Origin: an uncultured Halobellus sp.
GTDB lineage: Archaea > Halobacteriota > Halobacteria > Halobacteriales > Haloferacaceae
NCBI GenBank assembly: GCA_964574565.1
Contig: CAZNOA010000001.1
Coordinates: 1 to 41,967, forward strand
Length of the DNA: 41,967 nucleotides
Direction: 5' to 3'
Part shown: positions 1-10,203 of the stretch, piece after piece
Position numbering within the stretch: the first letter of the stretch is position 1
Layout of the letters: each line of letters opens with the position of its first letter
Program-made: the position numbers and the translations under genes
Notes under the pieces: model-generated
Databases searched by the model: none
Told to the model about the DNA's origin: nothing
Seen by the model: only the letters and a program-made list of their open reading frames with translations

Positions 1-577
1 CGTCACCGGTCGCCTCGTAGGCGGCGAGGAACGCCTCACAGGCGTGCATGTTCGCATTCTGTCCGCGATAAGGCTCCAACTCGCCCCAGTCGGGCTCGCA
101 GTCGCTCCGGAGACATCCGGTCCCGTCGCGGAACCGCTCGTCGACGAGTTCCATCGTCGCCGTTAACCCCTCCTCTGCGCCGTCGATTCCGACATCCGTC
201 GCGCGGGCGTACGCGAGTAACACGAAGGCGTGGCCGTACGCGGACCGGGTCCGATCGACCGGTTCGCCGTCGGCGCCGACCGTGAGGTGATACCCTTCGC
301 CCGCCGACTCGCCCGCTCGATGGACCGATTCGAGGAACGCGAGCCCGTGTTCGGCCGCGTCGAGACACCAGTCCGGACCGTCGGCGAGCGCGCCGGCCGC
401 GAAGTTGGCGATCGATCGGCACGTCGCGACAAGGTGCCGGCGATCCCCGGTATACGGGTCTCCAGTCACGGGATGTAACAGTCGGTAGCCGCCGGTCTCT
501 GAGAGCGCGTCCGGGAACTGCACGCGGAGCGTCGACAGCAGTCGCCCGCGATGCGCCGCAGGGCTATGAGACCTCAT
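1..577 (-). CDS. AGE-family (N-acylglucosamine 2-epimerase/YihS-like) sugar epimerase/isomerase, 3' end outside the window
   Basis: Not in the ORF track; translated by hand from ATG at 577: MRSHSPAAHRGRLLSTLRVQFPD...RHLVATCRSIANFA...YGHAFV...YRGQNANMHACEAFLAAYEATGD. YGHAF and QNANMH are AGE-family motifs. Confidence 0.85.
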   Translation of the reverse strand, partial: MRSHSPAAHRGRLLSTLRVQFPDALSETGGYRLLHPVTGDPYTGDRRHLVATCRSIANFAAGALADGPDWCLDAAEHGLAFLESVHRAGESAGEGYHLTVGADGEPVDRTRSAYGHAFVLLAYARATDVGIDGAEEGLTATMELVDERFRDGTGCLRSDCEPDWGELEPYRGQNANMHACEAFLAAYEATGD

Positions 578-662
578 ATCGCACCCTGCACGGCCGCGAA
601 AAATAACGGCGTCGCTCTCGGCGACGGGGTCGTGCCCGGGGGTGGCGTCGCTTCCGACCGTC

Positions 663-1532
663 TCACTCCACGGCGATCCGCGACCGGAACTCGGACCGGC
701 CGCCGGTCTGGAGTCCGGTGACGCGGAACAGCGACCCGGCGCCGTCGCCCTCGACGCTGCGGTCGCCGTCCGTCAGGGCCGTCGTCGCGTACAACACGTC
801 GCGCGACGGGCCGGCGAAGGTGACCGAGGACACCTTCCGAGCCGGCAGCTCGATCTGGTCGACGGCCCTGCCGGTCGGGCCGTACCGGACCGCGCGGCCG
901 CCGCCCCAGCGCGCGGACCAGACGTGGTCCTCCGCGTCGACGGTCATCCCGTCGGGGACTCCGTCTTCGGGCGGCGTGGCGACGAACGTACGCCGGTTCG
1001 CTATCTCTCCGGTCGCGTAGTCGTAGTCGTACGCGTACACGCGTCCCGCCTCTGACTCCGTGAGGTAGAACGTCGAACCGTCGCCGGAGAATCCCATCCC
1101 GTTCGGGATGTCGAGTCCCTCGACGACGACTCGGGCCGAGCGGTCGGTATCGATCCGGTAGAGGTCGCCGAGGTCGCCGTTTCCGGGCATCGTCCCCGCG
1201 AAGACTCGTCCTTCCGGATCGGCGATGACGTCGTTGAATCTCGTCTCCGCGTCGACCGTCACCACCGGTTCTGTCGTCGACTCGCCCGGCACCAACCGCT
1301 CGACCGCGCCGTGCGTGAAGAGGAGGAGCGCCCCGTCGGCTTCGATCGTGTAGCCGCCGAGCGGGACGCCGTCGGTCTCGTACGCGACCTCGTTGTCACC
1401 GGAGGCGGGATCGTAGCGGTAGAGCCGGCCGGCCGGAATGTCAACCCAGTAGAGACACCGCTTTTCGGGGTGCCACAGCGGCCCCTCGCCGGTGTGTGCG
1501 GTCTCGTCTGCGACGCGTTCGGTCCGAACCAT
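663..1532 (-). CDS. SMP-30/gluconolactonase/LRE family sugar lactonase
   Basis: GEGPLW, RFND, PNGMGFS and PDGMTVD motifs. Start placed at MVRTERVADE (ATG 1532), since the longer ORF overlaps the divergent Usp gene. Confidence 0.9.
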   Translation of the reverse strand: MVRTERVADETAHTGEGPLWHPEKRCLYWVDIPAGRLYRYDPASGDNEVAYETDGVPLGGYTIEADGALLLFTHGAVERLVPGESTTEPVVTVDAETRFNDVIADPEGRVFAGTMPGNGDLGDLYRIDTDRSARVVVEGLDIPNGMGFSGDGSTFYLTESEAGRVYAYDYDYATGEIANRRTFVATPPEDGVPDGMTVDAEDHVWSARWGGGRAVRYGPTGRAVDQIELPARKVSSVTFAGPSRDVLYATTALTDGDRSVEGDGAGSLFRVTGLQTGGRSEFRSRIAVE

Positions 1533-1619
1533 ACCGGATCCTCCAGAAGCTCGATACTTGAGTGTGTCTCCCGACCGAAAGCCCCCCGCTTTGATACCCG
1601 AGGGCAACGTACGCGGAGC

Positions 1620-2048
1620 ATGGTCAACAGCGTTCTCGTCGCGATGGACGACTCGCCGCTGAGCCGCGAGGCGCTCTCGTTCGCGCTCGACGCGTTTCCG
1701 GACGCAGAGATAACCGTCGTTCACGTCGCCTATCCCGAGATCGACATGCTACCGGCAGACGTGAATGAAGTGTACGACGCCGCCCCAGACGAGCTGGACG
1801 GCGTCGGCGACGAGGCGGCGCAAACGGTGTTCGAAGCGATCCGCGAGGTCGCCGACGGCCGCGACCTCTCGGTCACCTTTCTCATGGGCGAGACCGACCG
1901 ACGCCTCGTCGAGTACACCGACGAGGGCGGGTTCGACCACGTCGTGCTGGGGACGCACGGTCGGAGCGGGCTGTCGCGGCTCCTGATCGGCAGCGTCGCC
2001 GAGTCAGTCGTTCGCGAGACCGACGTGCCGACGACCCTCGTTCGGTAG
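1620..2048 (+). CDS. Universal stress protein (UspA family)
   Basis: VLVAMDDS...VVLGTHGRSGLSRLLIGSVAESVVR; ATG at 1620. Confidence 0.92.
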   Translation: MVNSVLVAMDDSPLSREALSFALDAFPDAEITVVHVAYPEIDMLPADVNEVYDAAPDELDGVGDEAAQTVFEAIREVADGRDLSVTFLMGETDRRLVEYTDEGGFDHVVLGTHGRSGLSRLLIGSVAESVVRETDVPTTLVR

Positions 2049-2204
2049 CGTCGGCGGCGGAGCCGTCGGAGCGACCGCCCGAGCCGACAGGGCTGTCAGT
2101 CTCGACCCGGAGGACGGGTTTCACGGTCTATTACGAACGCGCTAGTAGCGTTACTGCCGGGTTACCCACAGGTATAAGAAAATCGCTCATCAGATCCGAC
2201 CAGT

Positions 2205-3629
2205 ATGAGTGACAGACCGAGCGGGACGAACGTGCAGGGCGAGGCGCCCGACGCCGAACCGGTCGTGGAGACCGACGAGGCGACGATCACGGAGGACGCC
2301 GAGCTCGAACGGACCCTCGGACTCACCGGCGGCCTCGCGATCGGGATCGGAACGATGATCGGCGCGGGGATCTTCGTCTTCCCCGGGCTCGCCGGCGGGC
2401 AGGTCGGAACCGCCGCGACGGTTTCGTTCGCGGTCGGGGGCGTCGTCGCGCTTCTGGTCGCGCTGCCGACCTCGGAACTGGCGACCGCGATGCCGAAAAG
2501 CGGTGGCGGCTACTACTTCATCTCCCGCGGGCTCGGAACTCTCGCGGGGACCATCATCGGCCTCTCGCTGTGGTTCGGCCTCGTGTTCGCAACGGCGTTC
2601 TATCTCGTCGGGCTGGGCTTTTACGCGCTGGACGCACTCGCCGAAATCGGGGTCACGATCGGTGCGAGCCCGGGTGCGATCGTCTCCGTGATCGCCGTCC
2701 TCGCGGGAATCGGATTCACCGTGTTGAACGTCACCGGGACGGAGAACGCGGCGAAGCTCCAGAACGGGATCGTCGCGCTGTTGCTGTCGATGCTCGTCGC
2801 CTTCCTCGGGTTCGGCCTGCTCGAGGCGTTCGGGTTCGTCGACGCCGGCACCCCGCCGGGAGAGGCGGCGGACGTCTGGGAGGTCCTCCCGATCATGTCC
2901 GTCGCCGCGCTCGTGTTCACGTCGTATCTGGGATTCGCGCAGGTGGCAACCGTCGCCGGCGAGATGAAGAACCCGGGTCGGAACCTCCCGCTGGCGATGA
3001 TCGGCTCGGTGCTTATCGTCACGGTGTTGTACGTGTTGACGATCTTCGTCGCCACGGACGTCTTCACACAACAGCAGCTGTTGGACGCGGGCGAAACGGC
3101 GATGGTCGAGGTCGGCCGGGAGCTGCTCGGTCCGGCGGGCGCGTTAGTGATCATCCTCGGCGGGCTGCTCGCGACGATGTCCTCCGCGAACGCGTCCATC
3201 CTGAGCACGTCCCGGGCCATCTACGGCGTCTCGAAGGACGCGCTCCTGCCGAGGTGGGCCAGCCGCATCAACCTGAAGTACGGCACGCCGCACGTCGCCC
3301 TCGGGATGGCCGGCGGTCCCGTCGTCGTGCTCGCGGCCACGAGACAGGTTCAGCTCCTCGCGGAGGTGGCGTCGTTCCTCCACCTGATCATGTACGGGCT
3401 GATGTGCGTCGCGCTGCTCGCGCTCCGACGTGATCAGCCCGAGTGGTACGATCCGGACTTCGTCGTGCCCGGCGGCCCGGTGATTCCGATACTCGGGACC
3501 CTGGCGAGCTTTGGGCTGATCGCGTTCATGCAGCCGCTGTCCATCGGCGTCGGTATCGCCGTCATCATCGCGACCTCGGGGTGGTACTTCTATTACGCTC
3601 GCGACATCACGCTCAAGGGGGCCCTCTAA
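2205..3629 (+). CDS. APC-family amino acid permease
   Basis: GTMIGAGIFVFPG, ELATAMPKSGGGY, VAGEMKNPGRNLP; about 12 hydrophobic segments. Confidence 0.93.
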   Translation: MSDRPSGTNVQGEAPDAEPVVETDEATITEDAELERTLGLTGGLAIGIGTMIGAGIFVFPGLAGGQVGTAATVSFAVGGVVALLVALPTSELATAMPKSGGGYYFISRGLGTLAGTIIGLSLWFGLVFATAFYLVGLGFYALDALAEIGVTIGASPGAIVSVIAVLAGIGFTVLNVTGTENAAKLQNGIVALLLSMLVAFLGFGLLEAFGFVDAGTPPGEAADVWEVLPIMSVAALVFTSYLGFAQVATVAGEMKNPGRNLPLAMIGSVLIVTVLYVLTIFVATDVFTQQQLLDAGETAMVEVGRELLGPAGALVIILGGLLATMSSANASILSTSRAIYGVSKDALLPRWASRINLKYGTPHVALGMAGGPVVVLAATRQVQLLAEVASFLHLIMYGLMCVALLALRRDQPEWYDPDFVVPGGPVIPILGTLASFGLIAFMQPLSIGVGIAVIIATSGWYFYYARDITLKGAL

Positions 3630-4321
3630 TGACACGCGTACTCGTACCCGTCGAAGTGCTCGAGGGGAAGACCGTCTCGCCGGGACTGATGAGCCTGCTG
3701 GGAACCGTCGACGTGACCGTGCTCGGCTATCACGTCCTCCCCGAGCAGACGCCGCCCGATCAGGCCAGACAGCAGTACGAGGATCGAGCCACCGACGCGC
3801 TGATGGACCTTCGCGAGGAGTTTGAGACGGCCGGCGGCGCGGCCGATCACCGGCTCGTGTTCACCCACGACCGCGAACAGACGATCAGACGGATCGCAAA
3901 CGAGATCGACGCTCGCGCGTTCGCCATTTCGGGAATGACCGGCGACGTCGACCAGCTCCTCGTCTCGCTGTCGGGCGACGTCTCGACCGATCGGATTTTG
4001 GGATTCGTCGAGGAGCTCGTCAACGGTCGGGAGATCGGCGTGACGCTGTTTCTCGCCGGAAAGGATCCGGACGAACGACGACTCGATGACGCCGCCGAGA
4101 GGCTTCGGAACACCGGGATCGACGTACAAACCGAGCTCGCCGCGGGCAAGTCGCCGTTCGAGGGGCTGATGGACGCCGTGCCGGGCCACGACGCCGTGGT
4201 CATGGGCGAGAACGCGCCGTCGATTCGCTCGCTGGTCTTCGGTAACGACCCCGACCGAGTCGCGTCGGCGTCGGTCGGCCCCGTGCTGGTCGTCCGGTAC
4301 GACGAATCCCTCGACGGGTGA
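3629..4321 (+). CDS. Usp-like domain protein coupled to the APC permease
   Basis: MTRVLVPV start overlaps the permease stop (TAATG); C-terminal HDAVVMGE...LVFG..PDRVA...PVLVVR is Usp-like. Confidence 0.8.
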   Translation: MTRVLVPVEVLEGKTVSPGLMSLLGTVDVTVLGYHVLPEQTPPDQARQQYEDRATDALMDLREEFETAGGAADHRLVFTHDREQTIRRIANEIDARAFAISGMTGDVDQLLVSLSGDVSTDRILGFVEELVNGREIGVTLFLAGKDPDERRLDDAAERLRNTGIDVQTELAAGKSPFEGLMDAVPGHDAVVMGENAPSIRSLVFGNDPDRVASASVGPVLVVRYDESLDG

Positions 4322-4417
4322 GTGTCGGCTCCGCCGGACCGGTCGGATCGCAGTCACTCCGACTTCGGAGACGCCGCCTCCAAACCTTGATTACCACCCT
4401 CCGTATCTGTATCTCCA

Positions 4418-5536
4418 ATGCTCGGTGGATTCTCTGAAACCATCCAAGCGCTCCCCGTTTGGATACAGATTCCACTGATCCTGCTGGGTGCGATCGTCGG
4501 CGCGAAACTGATCGAGGTCGGGGGCTACTACGTCCTCCATCGGTCTGGGCGCCTCGCAAGCGGACAGTACGACCGGCTGATTCTCGAGGAAGTCCACCTC
4601 CCGCTCTACGTAACGGTCTTTCTCGCCGGCGTCTACGTCAGCTCCCGGCTACTACCGGAACTGGCGCTCGGGTTCTACGTCGCCACCGTTTCGATCTCCG
4701 TCATTCTCGTCACGTGGGCACGTGCCATTACTCGTCTCGGAAACCGCGTGATCAGCCTCACGAACGATGCACCGACCCGGCGAGATATCGCCCCGATATT
4801 CAAGAACGTTCTCACGTTCGTCGTCGTCCTCGCGACGGTCGTCGCGCTCCTTTCCGTCTGGCAGGTCGACGTGACGCCGCTGCTCGCCTCGGCGGGCATC
4901 CTCGGCATCATCATCGGCATCGCCGCACAGGACTCCCTCGGCAACTTCTTCGGCGGGCTCTCGCTGTACTTCGACAGGACGTACAAGCTCGGAGACATGG
5001 TGGAACTCGAATCGGGAGAGCGGGGAACCGTCATCGACATGAGCATCCGGAGCACGACGGTTCTCACCCGCGACAACATCGCGATCACCGTCCCGAACGC
5101 CAGCATGAACTCCACGCAGGTGATCAACGAGTCGGCCCCGGTCCGTCGGCGGCGGATTCGGTTGGACGTCGGCGTCGCCTACGGGTCCGACCTCGAGACG
5201 GTCGAACGCGAGATCATCGGCGCGGCCGACGACGAAGCGATCGTCCTCGATTCGCCGAAGCCGCAGGTCCGATTCCGAGAGTTCGCGGACTCCGCGGTCG
5301 TCGCTCAGTTGCAGTGCCACATCGCCCATCCCGCACAGCGCGGACAGGCGCGGGACGTGCTCATCCGTCAGGTCGACCGGCGGTTCGACGACGAGGACAT
5401 CAAGATCCCGTTCCCACAGCGAGAAGTGACGTTCTTCGAGTCAGAGAACCGGATCGCGGTCGAATCGGAGCGGCTGGAACGTGACCCGCAGCGTGACGAC
5501 GACTCCGCTCTCGGCGTGGGGACGGGCGAACCGTAG
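4418..5536 (+). CDS. mscS: Small-conductance mechanosensitive channel (MscS family)
   Basis: LLASAGILGIIIGIAAQDSLGNFFGG, YKLGD, GTVIDMSIRST, IPFPQR. Confidence 0.92.
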   Translation: MLGGFSETIQALPVWIQIPLILLGAIVGAKLIEVGGYYVLHRSGRLASGQYDRLILEEVHLPLYVTVFLAGVYVSSRLLPELALGFYVATVSISVILVTWARAITRLGNRVISLTNDAPTRRDIAPIFKNVLTFVVVLATVVALLSVWQVDVTPLLASAGILGIIIGIAAQDSLGNFFGGLSLYFDRTYKLGDMVELESGERGTVIDMSIRSTTVLTRDNIAITVPNASMNSTQVINESAPVRRRRIRLDVGVAYGSDLETVEREIIGAADDEAIVLDSPKPQVRFREFADSAVVAQLQCHIAHPAQRGQARDVLIRQVDRRFDDEDIKIPFPQREVTFFESENRIAVESERLERDPQRDDDSALGVGTGEP

Positions 5537-5625
5537 CCGCGTGGCCAGCGTCGATCGCCGTACAGTCGCCCGTTTGGCGAGTGACGGAGCCAGGCACCGC
5601 GGGTGATCCGTCAGTCCGTCACCGG

Positions 5626-7284
5626 TCACGCCACTCTCGCGATGCCGTTCGATCGCAGCTCCTCCACCGTCAGATCCTCCTCGAGCAGGCCCCGAAGCTC
5701 CCGAATCAGCTGTTCGCTAGCTAGCAGATCGGGAACGGCGACGTAAGCGGCCCCCGCATCGAGCAGTGACCGAGCAGTCCGTTCGTCTCGTGCCCGGAGA
5801 ACGACGGGAGCGTCACAGTTCAACTCCAGTACCCGTCGCGAGACGACCTCCGAGCTTGTCATCGACAGGACCACACGGGCCTCCGAGAGCTTCGCTTTCT
5901 CCCAGGTGTACGGCTCCATCGCGTCGCCGAAGACGTACGCATCGCACTCGACCCGCACGTCCTCTTGGACCGCGGGGTCGTTCTCGATGACGACGTAGGG
6001 ACTGTCGAGCGCTTCACACGTTTCGACCATCCGTTTCCCCTTTCGGCCGTAACCGAGGATGATCACGTGGTCCGTGAGGTCATCGGGAACCTCGCTCAGT
6101 TCGTCGATCTTGTCGTGCCGGCCGGATATCACTCCCCGATCGGCCAGCGTCCGGTAGATCTGCTCGTCGTACCGCTGCGTGACCGTCGAGGTGATCATCG
6201 TCACGGCGGCGGCGAGCACGATGGCGTCGAACACCGACTGCGTCAACAGGCCGACCAGCAGCGCCTCGATAGCGATGATCAGCGAGAACTCGCTGATCTG
6301 GTCGGTGCTGAGCGCCGTCAGCGTCGCGGTTCGTCCCTCGTACCCCCGGTAGATCAGGATGGCGATCGTCACCGCCGGCTTCACGATCACCGTCAGCAGC
6401 ACGACGCCGCCCACTAACGCTAGCTTTTCGATCGAATCGGCCACGGGGAGTTGGACGAACGGGAGGACGACGAGCGCACCGACGGTCACGAAGAAGATGG
6501 CCACGAAGAACTCTTTGATCGACTCCAGCCCGTTGAACAGCCCGAGGTATTCGGCGGGGTCGTGACGGACCGCTAACCCGGCGGCGAACGCCCCGACGAC
6601 GGTCGGGACGCCGACCGCTCCCGCCGCACCGATGAAGACGACCAGCAGCGAGACGACGCCGATGATCAGGAGCTCGTCCGAGCCGCCCGCGAGTCGTCCG
6701 ACCACGTCGAAGAGGTACCGGTTGACGAGGAGGGCAGCGGCCAGAAAGACGGCGCCGTAGCCGATCTGGAGGACGATCGGGTCGAGTTCCAGCACGCCCG
6801 CACCCACGACGAGGATGAACGCGACTGCGAACAGATCTTGGACGAACTGGAGCGACTCGCCGAGCCGCCCACGGACGAGGTTGAGCCGGGTATCAGTTTG
6901 TAACAGCGCGGTCCCGACGATCGTCGACGACAGCGCGACGGCGACGCCGAGATACACCGCCTCGCTGGGCGGAATCCCCAAGAGGATCCCGAACCCGAAG
7001 CCGAGCGATCCGACCACGAGGATCTGCGCGAGTGCGACCAGTTCGCTGTCCGCTAACACGGTGCGTAGCGATGACAACTGGATGCCGACGCCGAACGAGA
7101 ACACCAGCAGCGCGATACCGAACTGCGCGAGTTCCAGCGCCAACGCCTCTTCGATGAAGAAGCCCGCGACGATCCCCGCGAGGATCAGAAGCGGAGCGGC
7201 CGGCACGTCGTATCGATTGGCGAGCAGAAGGAACGGCCCGGCGACGATGAAGATGATCGCCACCGCGGTCAACATCTCAGACAT
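5626..7284 (-). CDS. Kef-type cation:proton antiporter (CPA2) with C-terminal TrkA-N/RCK domain
   Basis: ALSSTIV, QDL, GAFAAG, QISEFS, then HVIILGYGRKG; start at MSEML (7284). Confidence 0.88.
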   Translation of the reverse strand: MSEMLTAVAIIFIVAGPFLLLANRYDVPAAPLLILAGIVAGFFIEEALALELAQFGIALLVFSFGVGIQLSSLRTVLADSELVALAQILVVGSLGFGFGILLGIPPSEAVYLGVAVALSSTIVGTALLQTDTRLNLVRGRLGESLQFVQDLFAVAFILVVGAGVLELDPIVLQIGYGAVFLAAALLVNRYLFDVVGRLAGGSDELLIIGVVSLLVVFIGAAGAVGVPTVVGAFAAGLAVRHDPAEYLGLFNGLESIKEFFVAIFFVTVGALVVLPFVQLPVADSIEKLALVGGVVLLTVIVKPAVTIAILIYRGYEGRTATLTALSTDQISEFSLIIAIEALLVGLLTQSVFDAIVLAAAVTMITSTVTQRYDEQIYRTLADRGVISGRHDKIDELSEVPDDLTDHVIILGYGRKGKRMVETCEALDSPYVVIENDPAVQEDVRVECDAYVFGDAMEPYTWEKAKLSEARVVLSMTSSEVVSRRVLELNCDAPVVLRARDERTARSLLDAGAAYVAVPDLLASEQLIRELRGLLEEDLTVEELRSNGIARVA

Positions 7285-7337
7285 CGCGACTCCCTCTCCC
7301 GGTCGGTGTGTCGACCGCTGGCTTCCCAGATACGCGT

Positions 7338-9092
7338 TCAATCATCGAGATCACCCGCCATGCGTTCGTGGACGTCACGGAACGGGCGCGGATCGCGAAG
7401 GAGATCCGCCTCGAGTTGCGCCGTCTCCTCGAATGCGCTCGGATCCTCCAACAGCGTTTCTAACGTGTCGGCGAGCCGGTCCGACGACAGGGCGACGCTC
7501 TGGATGACGTAGTCCGCACCTTGTTCGTAGAGCGTGCGTGCGTCCTCGTCGCGTTTCGCTTCGAGGATGACCGTCGCGTCGTCGTCCGTCTCTCGCAGTA
7601 CTTTCTTCCCGATTTCGATCTGGTCCGACGACGAGACGACGAGAGCGGCCTTTTTCAGAGCGACGTCCTTCCGGATGGACCCGCTACCGATGTCGCCGAA
7701 GACGGCGTCGTACCCTGCCGCCGAGAGCTGTTCGATGTGTTCGGCCCGTCGGTCGACGACGACGAGGGCGTCGTAGTGATCGTCTAACAGCCCGAGGATG
7801 TTCCGGGTGAGGTCGTCGTACCCGACGACGACCGCGTGGTCTTTGTACTCCCGTTTCTCCTCGGTGAAGAGGTCCGCGGACTCGAACCGCGAGACGAGCG
7901 GCTGCGCCCGCTCGTAGAGGGCGTCCCCGTAGGCGAAGAAGTAGACGGAGACGCCCATGGTGATGAGCGCGACCAACGTGAGGAACCCGAGTATCTCGAC
8001 GCCGATGAAGTCACCGACGACCGCGGCGGTCGCGACGACGACGCCGAACTCGCTGACTTGGATCATGTAGAGGCTCCCGAAAAAGGTCGTTTCGCTGTCG
8101 AACCGCTGCCAGCTGATGAGCGCGAAGAAGATCACGAACTTACCGATCATCAACGCCACTGCGGCGATGATGGCCTCCTGCCAGTAGAAGAAGAGTTCGC
8201 CGGCGTCGAGGCTCAACGCGACCGACGTGAAGAATATCATCACGAACAGGTCGGTCAGCGGGTTGACTCGGTCCTGAAGCTCCTTGCTGTACGGCAGCTG
8301 AGCGATGGCGACGCCGGCGAGGAACGCGCCCATCTCGATCGAGAGGTACGCTTGGATACCCAGCGGGGCCAGAAAGAGATTGACGTTGTCGGAGACGAAC
8401 ACGAACAGGAACGCCCACGAGATTGCGATGAGGAAGAACACCTGTCTGTTATCCGCGATCCGTCGGAATACGGGCGGAAGCGCGTATTTCGAGGCGGCGA
8501 GGGCCGCGACGGTGATGATCGCCACCAAGGTAAGAACGATCGCGAGGGTCGTGCCGACTTCAGCGGCGCTCTCCGGCCGCCCTGCCGCCAGCACCGCCAG
8601 TAGAATGACGACCACGACGTCTTGGACCAACAGGATTCCGACGTCGATCTTGCCGTGGAGGGTCGTCGTCTCGTCGAGGTCGGTGAGCATCTTGACGACG
8701 ACCGCGGTGGAGCTGTACATCACCGCGAGTCCGATGATGATCGACTCCACCGTGCCGAACCCCAACGCCAGCGACACGGCGGTGCCGAGCGCGGCGACTG
8801 CGGCCATCTGCGGCAGCGATATCTTGACTATCGGGGCGAGGATGTGTTTGATCTCGCTGATACGCATCTTGATACCGAGCAAGAACAAGAGGAACGCGAG
8901 CCCCAGCTCCGAGAGCGTCTCGGTGAGTTCGGTGACTTCGACGAGTCCGAACACGACCGGACCGATCACCACGCCCGCGAGGATATAGGCGATGATGGTC
9001 GGCTGGCCGGTTTGTTTCGCGAGGAAGCCGGCGACCGTCGCGGCGAGGAGAATGATAGCGAGGTCGAGCGAGAGCGCGACTTCCAGAGTCAT
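7338..9092 (-). CDS. Kef-type cation:proton antiporter (CPA2) with C-terminal TrkA-N/RCK domain
   Basis: SSTAVVVKML, GILLVQD, GAFLAG, QVSEFG, HAVVVGYDD. Confidence 0.9.
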   Translation of the reverse strand: MTLEVALSLDLAIILLAATVAGFLAKQTGQPTIIAYILAGVVIGPVVFGLVEVTELTETLSELGLAFLLFLLGIKMRISEIKHILAPIVKISLPQMAAVAALGTAVSLALGFGTVESIIIGLAVMYSSTAVVVKMLTDLDETTTLHGKIDVGILLVQDVVVVILLAVLAAGRPESAAEVGTTLAIVLTLVAIITVAALAASKYALPPVFRRIADNRQVFFLIAISWAFLFVFVSDNVNLFLAPLGIQAYLSIEMGAFLAGVAIAQLPYSKELQDRVNPLTDLFVMIFFTSVALSLDAGELFFYWQEAIIAAVALMIGKFVIFFALISWQRFDSETTFFGSLYMIQVSEFGVVVATAAVVGDFIGVEILGFLTLVALITMGVSVYFFAYGDALYERAQPLVSRFESADLFTEEKREYKDHAVVVGYDDLTRNILGLLDDHYDALVVVDRRAEHIEQLSAAGYDAVFGDIGSGSIRKDVALKKAALVVSSSDQIEIGKKVLRETDDDATVILEAKRDEDARTLYEQGADYVIQSVALSSDRLADTLETLLEDPSAFEETAQLEADLLRDPRPFRDVHERMAGDLDD

Positions 9093-9792
9093 CCAGTTCG
9101 AATGCCGATTGTCGTGATCCGCAGTTAACAGTTGTGGATGGGCGGAAGCGAAATCGCAATACAGTATGAGTGCTAACTACCAGATGAATCGTTTAACCGG
9201 AGAGGAATGCGCTTCCGGCCCGCAGACCAGCGGGCGCGGAGAACCGCTGAAGCTCGATGCGAACCGGCGCGCGGTGATCGGTTCGCCCTCGGGGTGTCGC
9301 TTCCCCCCGCCACCGAGTTTCGGCAGCGAATACGTCGCTCACTTCGTGTCGTCGGAGGGCGTGTCAGCTCCGCTGCCGTCACCGAGTTCGCCGACGAGTT
9401 CGACGAGGTCTTGGGCTTTACTCTCGACGGGAGGGTGCCACCGAGCGTCGCTCCGAGAGCGGCCGCCGCCCAGATGACGGTCACGCGACTGGGCTGTTCG
9501 AGCGTCGTGGGCTTCGGGCTACGGCGATGGCCCGTCTGGCGGACGTCTCGTATCGTCCAGTCTTGAAGCTCCTTCATCGCGGGATCGCCGCCGAGGGACT
9601 TCAGCTCCTGAAGCAGCGTCTCGTCCGTCGGTTTGTACTGCTGAAAATGTCGGGTCTGTGGCGGGGCTTCCTTCCGGTGAGCCGTCCGAACCAATCGGAG
9701 TGCGCTTGCCGGTGACGCCACACGCGACGCTACTACCAGCAGTCGGAAATACCTGTAACCGGGACTCGGCCGGTGCCGCTGCTGACGATAAC

Positions 9793-10203
9793 TCAGTCGG
9801 TGCCGCTGCTACCCATATAGGTCATCTGCGTCGTGATGTCCGTCGCAGAGGCCATCCCGACGATGTCGCTCTCATCACCCGTCACGGGGAGGTGCTGAAT
9901 ATCGCCCCTGATCATTTCGACCGCCGCGTCGTGAACGGAGTCCGTCGCGCCGATCGTGACGACGTCTGTCGTCATGTGCTCCCTGACAGTCGATTCGGTC
10001 GGAGACCCCTCCCCTGAGACGACCTCGATCAGGTCGGTGCTCGTCACGATGCCGGCGAGCTCCCCGTCCCGATCAACGACGAGCAGCGACCCGATACCCT
10101 GCGTGAGCAACGTTTCGGCGGCGGTCTGCGCCGTCGCGTCTGGTGCGATACGAAACAGTTCAGTGCTCATCACTCGCTTGACCGGAGTGGTTTCCGCTTC
10201 CAT
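9793..10203 (-). CDS. CBS-domain pair protein
   Basis: VKRVMS...IGSLLVVD...GIVTSTDL...VREHMT...IQHLPV...GMASATDI; ATG at 10203. Confidence 0.9.
   Translation of the reverse strand: MEAETTPVKRVMSTELFRIAPDATAQTAAETLLTQGIGSLLVVDRDGELAGIVTSTDLIEVVSGEGSPTESTVREHMTTDVVTIGATDSVHDAAVEMIRGDIQHLPVTGDESDIVGMASATDITTQMTYMGSSGTD

Noticed and set aside
9771-9810. 13-bp direct repeat CGGTGCCGCTGCT at the CBS gene 3' end
   Set aside because: GC-rich, the copies are only 27 bp apart and no element lies between them; probably a local duplication or chance.
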